A DNA stretch of 64,000 nucleotides from Antedon mediterranea (lineage: Eukaryota; Animalia; Echinodermata): assembly GCF_964355755.1 (NCBI RefSeq), contig NC_092675.1:28740912-28804911 (forward strand), read 5' to 3'. This document shows positions 25,884-40,800 of this stretch, piece by piece. The translations under genes and the position numbers were made by a program. Under the pieces are notes generated by a model, which saw only the letters and a list, made by a program, of their open reading frames with translations, made no database searches and was not told the origin of the DNA. Every line of letters starts with the position of its first letter. Positions within the stretch are counted from its first letter, which is position 1.

Positions 25884-28800
25884 CTGCAAAAACAAAATAA
25901 AAAACGATTTAATAATAGCATTAGTTTAAATTTAAAACATGTTTTAAGTTTGAGAAAAAAAAGTAATCCTCCAGCCACACGACATTTATAGTAGAGAAGA
26001 TTATTTGTCATTTGATTGGACGATTGTGGATCACATGATATAAAATAAATATGATGTGGCACACTCAAATATGCTTCCTTGTTATATTCATTGTCTATTC
26101 ATTTTTTATACACAGTGAGTGAGCAACCACACGCGCAAAAAGAGGATAGGCTGTTATTGACTGATCGTGTTCGATCCTCATGAAATTATTTGTACTATTT
26201 CACTCAATAATTCATTATTTTTATAATAATATGACTAACTAACCTCTGTTTGTACCATAGCTGGCCTTTGTGTTCTCAACATCTTGACCGTTTGGAACAT
26301 GTCTACGACTCCTTCATATCGCATTCTTTCTAAGATTATACTCAATGTTACAAAGACACCTGTCCGACCAACACCGGCACTGTGAAAACAAAAAGTAGAA
26401 TTTTAACTTGTTTTTTTTTGTTTATTTATTTTCTATACAAACAAATAGAATAAAGATTCATGTTATGTAATTAAAAAATGTAAAAACAATGCAATTTAAA
26501 AAGTATAATGTGAAAATATTCAACAGTAATGTTATGGTCAGCATTAAAAGTACCTGCAATGAATACTGATAGGGCCATCTTGACCAAACTGTTCTTTGGT
26601 CTTGTGAACCTGACCAATAAAGTCAATAAATCCTTCCCCATTCTTGGGCACGCCTTGCTCGGGCCAGTCCACAAACTGAAACTGACGAATCGTTCTTGAT
26701 TGGCCATCCTACAAAAAAAAGTTGGATACATTCATTTGACATTTATTTTAAAATACAGTAAAGCTCTGTTAACACTATCAAATTTTAGTGACAAACAAAT
26801 GTGATGTGTCCATATATGGACATGATGATGTCATATCACTACCATATTTGGGCATATCGATACAATATTTGGGCACATCACACTTTTTTTGTCAAACTAG
26901 TTTGATAAATAGTGTAGAAACAGCTTTATATTTTTAGGATTCATATAGACAGCCTCATAGGATATCATTATTATTATTAATATTCAGCAATTAAAAAAGC
27001 CTAAAATCTGACTATATAAAATGCATATAAACAAACATACTCTGGCATCAGTGACTTTGAATTCTCGCAGGATATATTGCGGCATATTATATTCTGACAT
27101 TGGGTCAACCACAAAGTATTGATAACGTGCAGACCGCTCGGCCGGCCAATACTGATGGCATTTCTCGCGTCCCATTTCCTTCAACTTTGTTAACATCACG
27201 ATAATCGTGGAGTTGTGCTCCCACAGCATCCTCCAGAAGTCTTCGGTTGTCTCAGCTAATGGGCCTTGAGTCGCAATGTACGCATTCTTAGCTCGGTAAC
27301 CCTGAAAATAAAAATAATCTTAGTTTGATCTTGAACTTATTAATTGATCTTGTTCATAACAGGTACTTATAGAATTAGTAAATGAAAGGTAAAACTATAA
27401 ATGGAATAATGGACTACATTAAAAAATGTCAATGGATAAGCAGGTCAAAATATATACAGGGTAGGTTGTTGATAAAACAGCAATGAATGAAACAGAAAAC
27501 CCATACATACTGAGAATACAATGCCAATTGAAAATGTAAGAGCACAATTTTCATCACTGGTAAAACTGTACAAGTAACATGAAAAAAGCACTTTAAAAAA
27601 AAATAAATTTTTCTTAATCTCTGTCTACACTATCACACTTTATATGATGTACCCATATGGACATGATGTCATATCGCTACCATATTTGGGCACAAACATT
27701 TTTTGTCAAACTAGTTTGATAGTGTAGACAAGAGCTTTAGTGTATAAAACACAAATAAACTTACATCAATATAACTTGCGTTTATGTAATCAGATCCTTC
27801 AACACCTCTGATTGGTTGTAAGCAGACTCTGGTGTTCTCGTATGGAAGTATATTCACCAATCGGTTCTTGAACTTATTTGCTGGTAAGTTGGCACTTATG
27901 AACTTTGATGGTAATGCTTTCTGATTGGCTAATCTCTGCAGTAAGAATATTTCAATTGTTATTAAACTTATTTTAGGTTTAACATACACATGGTCCCATA
28001 TGAAAATTATTTAAAAAAAAAACAATAACGAAATGTGTATGAGTGGCTTGATTAAACATAACAGTAAAACCTTTAAAAATAACATTTTAAATTGAAGGCT
28101 TGTAACACAACAAGGCCGTAAAATGAATGCAAATAGCTAAATCAAAACGAATGGATACACATATAAATAAAAATAAAAATTCAATCTTATTTGACAAATA
28201 CTTCCAACAGTTTTATTTTACTCTTTTCACCTCAAAGCTCTGTCTACACTTTCAAACTTTATGTGACAAAAAATTGTGATGTGCCCAAATATGGTGACGA
28301 TATGCCCAAATATGGTAGTGATATTACATCATCATGTCTATATATGGGCACATCACATGATTTGTCACATAAAGTTTGATAGTGTAGACAGAGCTTAACA
28401 CAAACAAGAAAACAAACCTTGAATTCAAGTTCCATTCCAGTTACAGTTTCACCAGCCTCGGGTTGTGTCATCTTCTGAAGATGCATGTACAAGTTACGCG
28501 CTGGTATCTCCGTGTTGCCACTGGTTACCGCCTCTAAGAGTGCATCGTGGATAAATATATACTGTTCTTCCGTCTGGACCATGTAGTTTCTTTGAGCTCT
28601 AAGGCACGTCACATGACCGTAAATATCCACAGATTTTTCGTGTTTTATCCTTTCAAGCATGGAGTCGATTACAATGAATGCTCCGGTCCTTCCAACGCCT
28701 GCGCTGCAATGAACCGCGATCGGACCTGCATCAGCTGGATTACTGTTCTTTACTCGGTTTACAAATTGGAGAACTCCTGTCGCATGTTCTGGAACGCCAT

Positions 28801-31800
28801 GATCGGGCCAGGCGGTAAATTGAAACTGTCGTATTTCTCGTTTTTCTGAAGAACGGTTCTAAAAAAAAGAAACAGAATTGAAAACAATGTGTGTAAAAAC
28901 TTACTACCAACACAGTTATTTCGGAAAATATTTTTCATTTTTACATACTTTTACATGTTAATTATTACTGTATTCAGTGTGTATATGCAGAGAGAATAAC
29001 GCCCTTCCCTGGGAATGTATAATAAAATATGTTTACTAATTTGTAGATGCTACCTATACACGTTATTAACGTACAATACATCTTTCTTTCAATCAAAGCA
29101 TCACTGGTCACATACCTTTACATTAATGATGCTGAATGTGCGAATAATGTAATGAGCCAGTTCTGAGGAATCTAACATTGTTACTTGAACACCTCCATAC
29201 GTTTCTGAGCCTCTCATTGGCCAGTACTGGTCGCACTTGACACGGCTTCGCTCCTCCAAGCGGGTCATCATAACGATAGTACTTGTACGCTGTTCCCAGA
29301 TCATACGCCAGAAGTCTGGGATTGTCTCTGGCAGCGGTCCCTGAGTTGAGACGTAAGCGTTGCTTTTACAATAACCGTCACAGAAATTAGCGTTGATGTA
29401 GTCACTGCCTGGGTAACCATCTACCGAATTGAGCGAGACACGTGAATGGTCGTAAGCTATAACGTTTGCGTATCGGTTCTTTTGTTTGTTGTATTCCATG
29501 TTTGAATGATCCCAAGTGAAAGACTGACCAGGTTCAATTGACTGTACCAAAAAAGAAGTGAAAAATCATTTACATTATTTATTTGACTTTATTTACACCT
29601 GGATAGGCATAAAGCCTAAAGCTCTGTCTGCACTTTCGACTAGTTTGACAAAAAAAAGTGATGTGCCCAAATATGGTAGTGATATGACCAAATATAGTAA
29701 TGATATGACATCATATGTCCATATATGGGCACATCAAATTTGTTTGCCACATAAAGTTTGATAGTGTAGACAGAGCTTTACAGATCTTTTAGAGTTTTAG
29801 ATTAATTAACTTATAAATAAACATTTAAACATTCAATGCTTTTCCTGTTTATTTCCATTGCTGTTTGATATTAAGGAGAAAGGGTTACAGTTACAATCCA
29901 GCAAACCAATTTCTTTACAATTACTGCCTAAAGGCCACACTTTATATCCTACCTCATATTCCTGGGAGAATTTCAAGTTATCATTAAGTTTCAGCACATC
30001 AATGTGTCCTGCTAGATCTCCGATAGGAATTGGTGGATGGGACATCATGCCTGGTGTCTGGAAATTAAGACGTCGCATCTCCACAGGATCGCGTGGATAG
30101 AGGGCGGTCTCTTCTTTGCGTTTACAAGGCTTTGGATCATTAAGTTCAGGAGGACTCCTGTTAGTAGGTAAAGTATCATGTTAACATTCCATCCAATAAA
30201 AAAGTTTTTAAGGCATGGTTTAGCAGATAAATGTTTAATCTAGTTCAAGTTCAAGTTCAAAAAAACATTTATTTATTCAACAATAGCATTATACAGTATA
30301 ATATAATTATAGGTGTGTACATAAATGAAAATATAGTAATAAGCCATCATTTGGGGTCTTCTCTAGAAGAAAACAAGTTTCTTGTCTCGAGAAAGACCCC
30401 AGAAACAATACACATACATTTAAACTAATACAATTTACTACATAAAATAATAAATAAAAACAAAAACGATGAAATAAAAATAGATACTTTCAGTAGTAGT
30501 AGTAGTAGTAGTAGTAGTAATCTAGTAGGTTGTGAGAGATTTTTTGTGTGTACATTAGGGGAGTGAATTTATTTTTATATCTACTATAACAGCATTTACA
30601 ATATTTCTTGATTATCAAAAGACCATTAAAAAATACCTAATGATTGAATTATATTTCTACAACAATGTATAACAATTTCTTTCTAATAATAATATTTTAA
30701 AACTTTACAAACAACAGAACATAATACTTTAAACAAAAAGCACAAACCTTTTCCTGCAGACAAACACCAGAATGGTGATGATGACAATGAGGCACAAGAG
30801 ACCAGCAGCTCCGCCAATGATGACCATCATTGGTGGGCTAGTTTCCTCTGGCACTGAACTGGGTTGGCCTGTAAACCCTACTTTTACTGGTGCAGAGTAA
30901 GTACTGTATGTGGATACACCCTAAACACAACAACAAAGTTATTATTCAATAATAACACTATGTATTGCAGTATTAGAGCATATATAAGATGTTCCTGTTA
31001 TAATACCACCCCCCTCTGTGGTCTAATGGTCCTGTTATACTACCCCCCCCTCTGTGGTACTAAAATTACAATATAAACAAATTATAATTTCATGACATTT
31101 GCAATTGCGATAATTGTTTGTTTTATAAAGAAAAAATTGTATTTTTGATATACTTCATGTACTTACTTGATAATTAACATATTGTACAAAGAATGTATAG
31201 TAACGATCCATTTCTAGCGGTTTGTTGATGTATGAATAAAATTGACTGTTATCACCAATAACAAATTTCTTGCCCAATTGACTTGGATTTAATTTAGCTG
31301 TGATGTAATGGCTTTCTGCCTGTCTTCTCAAACGCTGATAAACAGAGCGACCGACGCGGCTAGTGTAACTCAAAGCGAGGCTCGAGGGCTCAGAACTTGG
31401 TTCATTCGCAGAATTCAATGGAACAACAATAATGAATATATACCTATTCAAATAAAAATAACATTTCTTGACTATATATAAGATCTTATAATAAACTTAA
31501 GACTTAAGAGACATTCCAAACACATTTGACCAAAGACATCTCCTTCTTATATAATTTATATTATATATAATCCAATATTTTATCTTAAATTTATTAAATG
31601 AAACAACTTACTGAATATCAACAGTTCTATCAAGAGGAAATGGAATGGTGAATGTTACAACCGGTTTATTTGGTGTCACTTCAACAACTGGCTTCTGTGG
31701 AGCTATTAAAATAAGATAAACATCGTAAAAATGAAATCCTCCTCTCAATATAACTGTTATACTTGCAGATTTTAAACCTTTAAGCATAGTACTAAACATA

Positions 31801-34800
31801 CATCCATTTCACACTGCACCCCCTTATTAGTGTATCTCACTTAGCTTAGTATTAACTTAGTCACATTGTACCTCTAAAGCTCTGTCTACACTACCAAACT
31901 GGTTTGACAAAAAAGTGTGACCAAATATGGTAGTGATATGCCCCTATATGGTAGTGATATGACATCATCATGTTCATATAATTATGTGCACAACACATTT
32001 TGTTGTCACATAAAGTTTGATAGTGTGGACAGAGCTTTATTGTTGTAGCTCTTTTAACACGGCACCTCTTAGTATCATATATTTTTCATATTAAACCTCT
32101 TACTGGTGTATCTTCTTACATCTTTTCAATCTGCACTTATGTCCTACTAAAATTAGTACCTTTCCATCCAAGTAAAGCAAATTTGAATGGTGTGATGGTT
32201 ATGGTGTGATGGTATGGTGTGATGGGTTTATGATGATTTTATACATTGTTAAATAAGCTAAGCTTCAATCATATCCAAGCTTCAATAACTATATTACACA
32301 ACTTCCTATTTAATCCAAGACACTGTCAATACATTCTTTATTCTACATTTCAAATTGTCTTTGTAGTTTTGGGGCGCTTTTATACATTGTATACATTTCT
32401 AAGCTCAACAATAGCGAGTGAGTGAGTGGCCGAGCGGTTAAGACAGTGGAACTGTAATTACGTAGTCATAACATCGGCAAGGGTTCGAGGCTCACTCGCT
32501 CCATGGTTCTGGTGGTAGAACGAGTCTTCTCGGATAAGGACTATAAACCGTAGGTCCAGTGTACACATAGCTCATGCGCACTTTAAAGAACCTAGTACAT
32601 CTTTCGAGACGAGTAGGGGGTTACCCTGGTGTACTAGTCCACACAAACACAGCCACTGTCACACACAGCCACTGTGCAAATTGGGACTGGACCGTTTTAG
32701 AGGTGTTTACCACCTGTTGGTCCAGATCCTTCACTAACTTCACTGAGTTAGTGAGAAGTCGAATAAAAAAAAAAAAAAAAAAAAAAGAAAAATAACCATA
32801 TCACACAACTCCCTATTCAACACAAGACCACTGCAAATAAATTCTTAACTCAAATTGTCTTTCTTGTTTCCAGATGCCCAGAAAAATTGAATCAATCGAA
32901 AAGCATACAATATATACTATAGAATTGATTTCACCTAGAAGAGTATCTACAAAGAGAGCGAACCAAGTATCGCATTTCATGCACGAGCAATGACCATTCA
33001 TCCATTAAATAATTGAAAGCGTTTTGCTTTAAAGAGCAAGGCTCATGTGCAGTAGTTCCGTTTAAAATGCAAGATGCTATATTCAGGAAGGAGAAAAAAG
33101 CGCAAAAAAAACGAACAAACTCAACAATAGATGATCTTTAAATCTGAAATTTTGAACTTAATTTTGCACTTTTGTTTCTCAATATCTAAAATATTAACGC
33201 AGAAAAATTAAATTAATTTTCATTTTATGATGTATATAAACTGTATTCAATACAACCTTCTGAATTCTTAATTGTAAATTTATCAAGATAGGACTACCTT
33301 CAATTGTTTTAACAATTGTAACAATGTCAGTAGTAGCTGCTGCTGTTGCAGTCGTATTCTGCTCGGTCTCGTTCGCAGCTGTTGAAGATAGAGTCAAGAT
33401 TCAAATTTGTTTTTTGTTTTAAAAAACACCAAAGAGATGACCACAATTGAAAGCAGGACATTCAAAAACTACAGCGGCCATACTCATTTCAAAAGCGCGG
33501 GTCACACACATCCAAATAATGTAGTTGGTTTTTACCATAAAGCGGTTTCACTGTACAGCATACTATCAACAGCATTACAAATTATCTATATTAATATGTC
33601 CTAATTAACCACAGAGCCAAGCACGAACCAACAACAAAAGGAAACATGGGATTATTTCATTCTAGCATAAAAATATAAAATGATTGAGATAAAACTTTGA
33701 ATACAACATTTTGACTCTCACAATTTGACAACAAAGGAAGTTCATTACAGCAGTAAAATAATCACAAACAATATGTTAGGTTAACAGTAAGTAAACACAA
33801 TTCTACCATCATAAATAACATAAACTATACTAAATTTTAATTGAATATGGCTGAATATAAAATCATTACTGACAAAATATACACAAATATAGTAAAAATC
33901 TAAAAATAGCGAAGTGTTATTAATTTGAAAATATCAATAATGACAACTAACTGTGGTCCTGATATATAAATAAAATAGACATGTTTGTGCTGAGCGCAGC
34001 ATGTTTCTAAACACAGTTCAATTTAAACAAAGCTAATTACACCTTTATATTCCCTTTGAATGTAGAGAGTCAAGTTTTGGGTCAAGTTTTGGGCAAGTCT
34101 GTGTCAAGTTTTGGGAAAGTCTGTGTCAAGTTTTGGGTCAAGTTTTGAGCAAGTCTGTGTCAAGTTTTGGGCAAGTCTGTGTCAAGTTTTGAGCAAGTCT
34201 GTGTCAAGTTTTGGGTCAAGTTTTGAGCAAGTCTGTGTCAAGTTTTGGGTCAAGTTTTGGTCAAGTTTTGAGCAAGTCTGTGTCAAGTTTTGGGCAAGTC
34301 TGTGTCACGTTTTAGGCAAGTCTGTGTCATGTTTTGGGCAAGTCTGTGTCAAGTCTGGGTCAAGATTTGAGCAAGACTTTTGAGCAAGTCTGGGTCAAGA
34401 TTTGGGCAAGTCTGGGTCAAGTTTTAGGCAAGTCTGGGTCAAGATTTGGGTAAGTCTGGGTCAAGTTTGGGTAGTGAGCCTGTAGCGTTCCATAGTAGGG
34501 GTAAGCACATACTCGTATTAAAATGGTAGTTTTGTAAAAGGTACGCAAATATTTAAATTCACTTCTTACAACTAAACACAAACTAATACCACATTGAAGA
34601 CAACCAGAAGATAAGTTAGCATAATATCACCATAGAATATAACAATGTTACAAAACAGGTTATAATTGTTAGTTGATGATGTGACAATATCATAAATTGA
34701 TTGTGATATTAAAAACAATTACAACTAATTACACCCTTATATTCCCTTTGAATGTGGAGTCAAGTTTTGGGTCAAGTTTGGGTCAAGTCTGGGTCAAGTC

Positions 34801-37800
34801 TGTTTCAAGTTTTGGGCAAGTCTGTGTCAAGTTTGGGGCAAGTCTGTGTCAAGTTTTGGTCAAGTCTGTGTCAAGTTTTGGGCAAGTCTGTGTCAAGTTT
34901 TGGGCAAGTCTGGGTCAAGTTTTGGGCAAGTCTGTGTCAAGTTTGGGGAAAGTCTGTGTAAAGTTTTGGTCAAGTCTGTGTCAAGCCTGGGTCAAAGTTT
35001 ACTTGTCTTATTGGCTGTTTCATTGATTATGTTTACAACATGAACACACACAAATATCGTGATTTAATTATCATTAATTCTTATTTTATATCCCTCATCA
35101 TCATAAAATAATAAATTCTATTGTTATTTTATGATGATGAGATGGACAAATAAAACATTTCAGTATTTAGTAGATCAGATCATGTTAGGGTGATTAGGCT
35201 GATCATGTTATTTGATAAAACAAGCTTGATCATGATCAGTAAGCATGATCAACTGTAAATGTGAACCTACATATTCAAATACAAATTATCTATGTATGTG
35301 TGTTTTATTTACCTTTATGTGTTCTTGTGTAGGTACTAACAGTGGAGCCAATATCATTCAAATAATATACAGCAGTAAGATTAAAGGTGTAGTCCACATC
35401 TGGATAAAGAGCCGTAACTAGAAAAACCGTCGCCTGTCCAGATAATTCGATAATCTTACCAGGATCATGTTTGAGGTTGTAGAACGAAAGCTAAATAAGG
35501 AACAAACATGACCTTTTATATTAACCCTGTTGACATATTCTTATCATTACCTTAAATTTTACAAGGACCGACTTATAAAGAACATGTATAAATAATATTT
35601 CGTTTTATTCTTTTTTTCCAATGCAAAATTGTGTAATTTATAAGTATATCTTACCTTATAATTCTTTGGTTGCCCTTGTACTGGACTACCCCATTCAAGT
35701 TGGGCTAAATTTGGTCCTACTCGTGTCACTCTGAAGCTTTGAGGCGCTTTAGGATCTACAAAACAAATTCATTTAGATATCATTAATATTAGATAGAAAA
35801 ATGTATTTCAGTACCAAAAATAGTATTAATAGTAATATATTATTACAAAATTGTATCTATAATTCAGGGCATGCCATATCTTTTTTGTTAGCTATTGGTG
35901 AATATCAGCTAAGATTTGTGCATTCCTTCAAAATAAAAATCTGTATGTATTTAAGACTCGTAAATCAATGGCATATAGTCATTAAGAAGCATCATATATT
36001 ATTCAATTTAAAAAAACACTTCTTGATTAAAAGTAAAAAAAACAAAAAATTTATTTTAAAAACATACCAATTGACTTAGTCCGAATGCTAACTCTATCCG
36101 ATGGCGGAGAATTACCAAATCGACTCTTTGCCACAACTACGACACAATAACTGTCTCTTTCAGCCAATTTTGTTAAAAGTTTTCGAGTTGGCTGCGGACC
36201 AATGTCCACCCTTTGCCACTTATTCAATGGTTTGTCCACTTGTGCACCACGTACGTAGTAAACAGTATATCCTTCAATAGCAGTAACATCACCAGCTGCT
36301 GACCATTCCACTTGTATGCTGTTGCCATTTATGACTTGTAAGCTTACCGAACTAGGTGCTACTGAAAGCCCTAAAGATTAAGAAAAACATAATTAACTCT
36401 ATGAATCATGTCATTTAATATCATTAAGTAATTTATTATTATTATTAAGTTATTTAATATTATTATTATTAAGTTATTTAATATTATTATTATTAAGTAA
36501 TTTCATATTCTCATTTGGTCATTAAATATAATACTAAAATACCCTTTAACTAGATTTGTTTTAAATTAATGAATTCTGTCAAACTCCAATTTAAATTATT
36601 TCTTTATGGATTATCAAATAATTAATGGATGGGTACATTTTACTAAACCCATGGATGGAATGGACTTCGGTGTCTTTCACGATTCTTGTGGTTTTTTTCC
36701 ATGACTTTATATATTTGTGCTCGTGTGTAGACTATTTTTTAATGCACTTTTTTGGCATTCATATGCACTTCAGCCCTGTATGTTTTTTGTGTGTAATTTT
36801 TTAATGAAAATATACAGAGATCATATTGTCAACAGCAATACAATATTTGAAAAGCTGCATGAACAAAGCTTATCTTATAATTATATTATTTGAAAATTTG
36901 CATGGCGAAAATTAATTTAATAACATAAAGTAAAAAACTGCCTGAGAGACTTAACAGCTCTTTTCAGAATGCCATACATGGTGTACTGCACTATATATCA
37001 TCATATCTAGATTGAACCGTTTAACAATCATAGCTTCCAGCACTATAATCACCATGTTAAACTTAATTTACTGCATTTAGTAATAATTTAAACTACACAA
37101 AACTATGAATGGGTCTGTTACACAAAAAATACACATGGTCACTATAGAATGGTCAGTTTAGAATGGTCACTATAGATAATGGTCACTTTACTTAAGTGCT
37201 CAGTACATAATGAGAATGTGCTCTTAAAATCACAAATATGATTACAACATTTAATAGATACTAAACATTAATTTATTTAGATGATTTTGGATCGACATTG
37301 GGCATTAAAATATTAAAAAATATTTAATACAAACATAATTTTGTTAAAAAAAAATAATACTATGATACAACAAAGCAAAGCACCACACCCATGCAACAAA
37401 TATTCATGCAATAAATATGGAAGAAAAATACTATACTACATAAAGATTAGTAGAAATTAAAAACCGGGAAAGTACTGTTGGAGGAAACGGTTGGGGGCAA
37501 ATATCACCCACATACGAACCTGGAGGATCTGTTTGCCTCGTGAAGTCTTGACTATACGGCCCACTACCCGCCTTGGTGTGAGCGCGTACTTGAAAAGCGT
37601 ACATTGTTGAAGGTTGGAGATTCGTAAAGAGCATGTAGTTGTTGTTGGTATCAATGGTTTCCTCCCAGATTTCACTCGCTTTACTTCGTCTAACTGTGTA
37701 CAACGTGATGATTCCGTTGCGGTCTTCGATACGTGGCTGGTCCCACGTTAGTTTGATGCAAGTGCTGTTTATCACCACAGTACTGATGTTGGACGGTGAG

Positions 37801-40800
37801 CTATATGGGGCTAGAGAGGTACAGAAGAATAAAAAGTTTGTAGCAACATGCACCCAGTGCAACACATGCAGAAGAGAAAAATAATTTTTTTTTAAATAAT
37901 AATAAATAAAAAGTAAATAACAATAAATCATAAATAAGTCATAATTGAGTATTTCATTGAAAATAAAAGTTCTAAGCATATTATTACTATTAAACATCTT
38001 TAAGAGTGGCTCCTATAAGACGAAAATCTCCAAAACAAGTAAATATATCATATGGATAAATTATAATGTATTGTTCTTAGGTCTCTAAGTCTCATTTGAG
38101 GCTTGGGGAGTAGAACGAGTTGTGATTGGAAGGCAAGTTAAATTAACCATTTTATAAATTAAACAGCATATATGTATGCCTATGTTTGTTGAATATATAT
38201 TTATATAGTTCTTCAAATTTTCATATCCTGTGTTTCTTAATTAATAGTTATCAAAGTATACTTTTAAAAGATAAAAAGACAACAAAAATGTGGTTTATAA
38301 TAAATAATATAATAATTTTATTAATAATTTAAAATGAAAAGACAAATTAAAAGTTTTAATTGTAATCTATATATTTATATATATTTATTTATAGTGTGAT
38401 ATTGTTATTAGTTGCTAATTTGTGCTAAAAATGTCATAATACGAAGAACATATACAATAGACAGTTCAACATGGAAAAGCATTCTAGCAGCTCTATGTAA
38501 AATATTTCATTATCAGGGTATCGGCCAATTGCATTTTCAAGGTAAGAAAAAAGCATCAAACTACATCTACTCGAGAAAAAGGTTAAAACTGTTAAAGCCG
38601 TGTGCAGAAAAACTATTGTTTAATTTACCATGCAATAGACTAAGACTAATAGAAATAGAAAATCGCTTTTATCATTAAATTCACAAAGAATGTAGACAAA
38701 TTTGCAGAAATTTGAATTTTTTTTCCCTTTCCAAAAGCAAGACCAACAATAAATGCACAGGAAACCAATTTCCAATAAACAATGTTAAAATATTTTTATA
38801 ACAAAACCCAAAACAACACAAAACACATAAAACAATTTTTAATTATTGAAAATTAATCAAATTAAATGTTCATCTTTGTTTACTGATAATTTAGTTCGGA
38901 ATAAATAATTAATTTCCAGCTGTTATTATTAAATATATAAAATTATATAATTTGGATATGTCGATTCTGGCACCTGTATTTTAATTAAGTTGATACATTG
39001 CTTAAACTCACCATCTTCTGGTAGGCTATACTCAATAGTTGCAATTTCTCCTGGACCGGCAGAGTTACTAGCTTGTAAAGTTATTGTATATGTTCTACCA
39101 CTTACTGTAAATCAAAAGCAAAAGTTGTTGTTAAAATCTATAAAGAGTATGCAAAAAGGAACAAATCCACCTGGTACATCGCAAAAACCAATCCATATAA
39201 GGGCAGTTAAAAATAATACAGTATCTATCCGCTGTTTTACCTTTATAAAAGATAGTTAACTAACTTAACAGCCAAAATCAACTCGGTATCAATATATCGG
39301 TATATATCTTTATTCATCCCTCATGGGGCAATTAACAAAAGGAGATGGATTACATCATTTGACATTAAAAACTCATAAAAATTAGCTGATTAACGTGAGA
39401 TACTTACACAAATTACGAAACTCATGGCTATTCTGGGAGGATGGTATACTGAGGATGAATGGACGGCCACCATTTGGCGTGTACTGTAAAGTATAACCTT
39501 CTATTGCTCCATGCGTTGTCATCGGTGGATCCCACGTAACGACGTAGCGGTCGTTAGAAGGATTCATTACAAAATTCAGGGGTTGACTGGGAACTGTGAT
39601 AAAACAAAAAGACAGAATTATTAACATTTTTTATATTACAGTAATAAACGCTTATGAAAAATGGTTAGAGTAGCAATATGACAAAAACTACAATGAACAA
39701 AACACAACATATTTTCACCTGGAGGCGCCGTTGTAAAGATGAAAGCTTGTGGGAACAAAGCATTTTACTTTTGTTAAGTAAGAATATTTAACAAAATCAA
39801 TAAAAATTAACGAACATAATTATTACTGTTAGGAGATACATTTATACTATTATATTATTATCACTTTACCATAGTATTGTACTGTATATATTATATTGGT
39901 TGTAGACTAGACCAAAGTTCAGTAACCAGGTTGTTAGTAATTGTACCTATGAGATTGCTCATAACTCAAGTTGTCAGAGACACTTGTTTGATATTCCATA
40001 TAAGGAAATTGTTACAACAACTTCATACTAAGATGATGATGTCATTTGAATTTCATCTTAAAACCAATTTCATCATCTTTAAGTTATTTGATGAGATCAT
40101 TATGATCACCCCACATATCCTGCATAAGAATATAAATAGTGGTACATTAACCATATTTAATCAGTCCTAATACGAATACTGACATAGCTAAACTAAATGC
40201 TGTTAAAGTCTATTGAAGTATCTAGAAGTCTGTTTGACTGTTTTGAACAACTGAAGTAAAGCTTTATATTAGCCTTGGGCTCAGCTATATTTGTAAGTCT
40301 TGAATTTCTTTATGTATTTTGATTGTGTGTTACCACCATCTTATACTTTGATAATTATTTTATATTGTTAATTAATTTTTATCTTTATAATCATTTTAAT
40401 TGATTTTGTTATCTTTTGCTTTTCTGTTTGAAGAATAAAACGTAGATTAGAGTATAAAACTTATCCATTGTATTGCCTATCTTCTGTTTGTGCCTTGCAT
40501 GTAACAGAAAGTGGGGGGTCATCCGGGAAGAACTTTAAATTTAACTTTAACTTAAATCGATAGGTTTATAGTTTTATACCTAGTTAAATTTGTTTTATTT
40601 TCAAACATTTGTTTGTGAAATTAGTAACTGTTACAATGGTCTTTGAACCAGAAACATTTTTTGCCGACCCTACCCAAGAGGTATTTAATAGTTTGAAAAA
40701 AGATGATTTGCTTAAACTAGCTACGCACCTAGGTCTAAAGGACGTTGAATCCTCTATGCGAAAGAATGATATTAAGAGTCGTTTATTAACTTATTTGGTT

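Noticed and set aside
28191-28379. Short ORFs containing CDVPKYG / ALSTLSN (also 29558, 62741, part of 1687)
   Set aside because: Translations of MITE family A, not genes.
32425-32500. Possible tRNA gene (also 11365-11434, 19691-19760, ~21050-21110)
   Set aside because: A and B boxes are present but there is no proper cloverleaf; these are SINE heads or remnants.
34111-35043. Several ORFs rich in [11 protein letters not shown]
   Set aside because: Artefacts of stop-free decamer arrays, open in multiple frames.
39877-40170. 97-aa ORF, duplicated at 43384-43773
   Set aside because: Lies in the LTRs; no recognisable domain.
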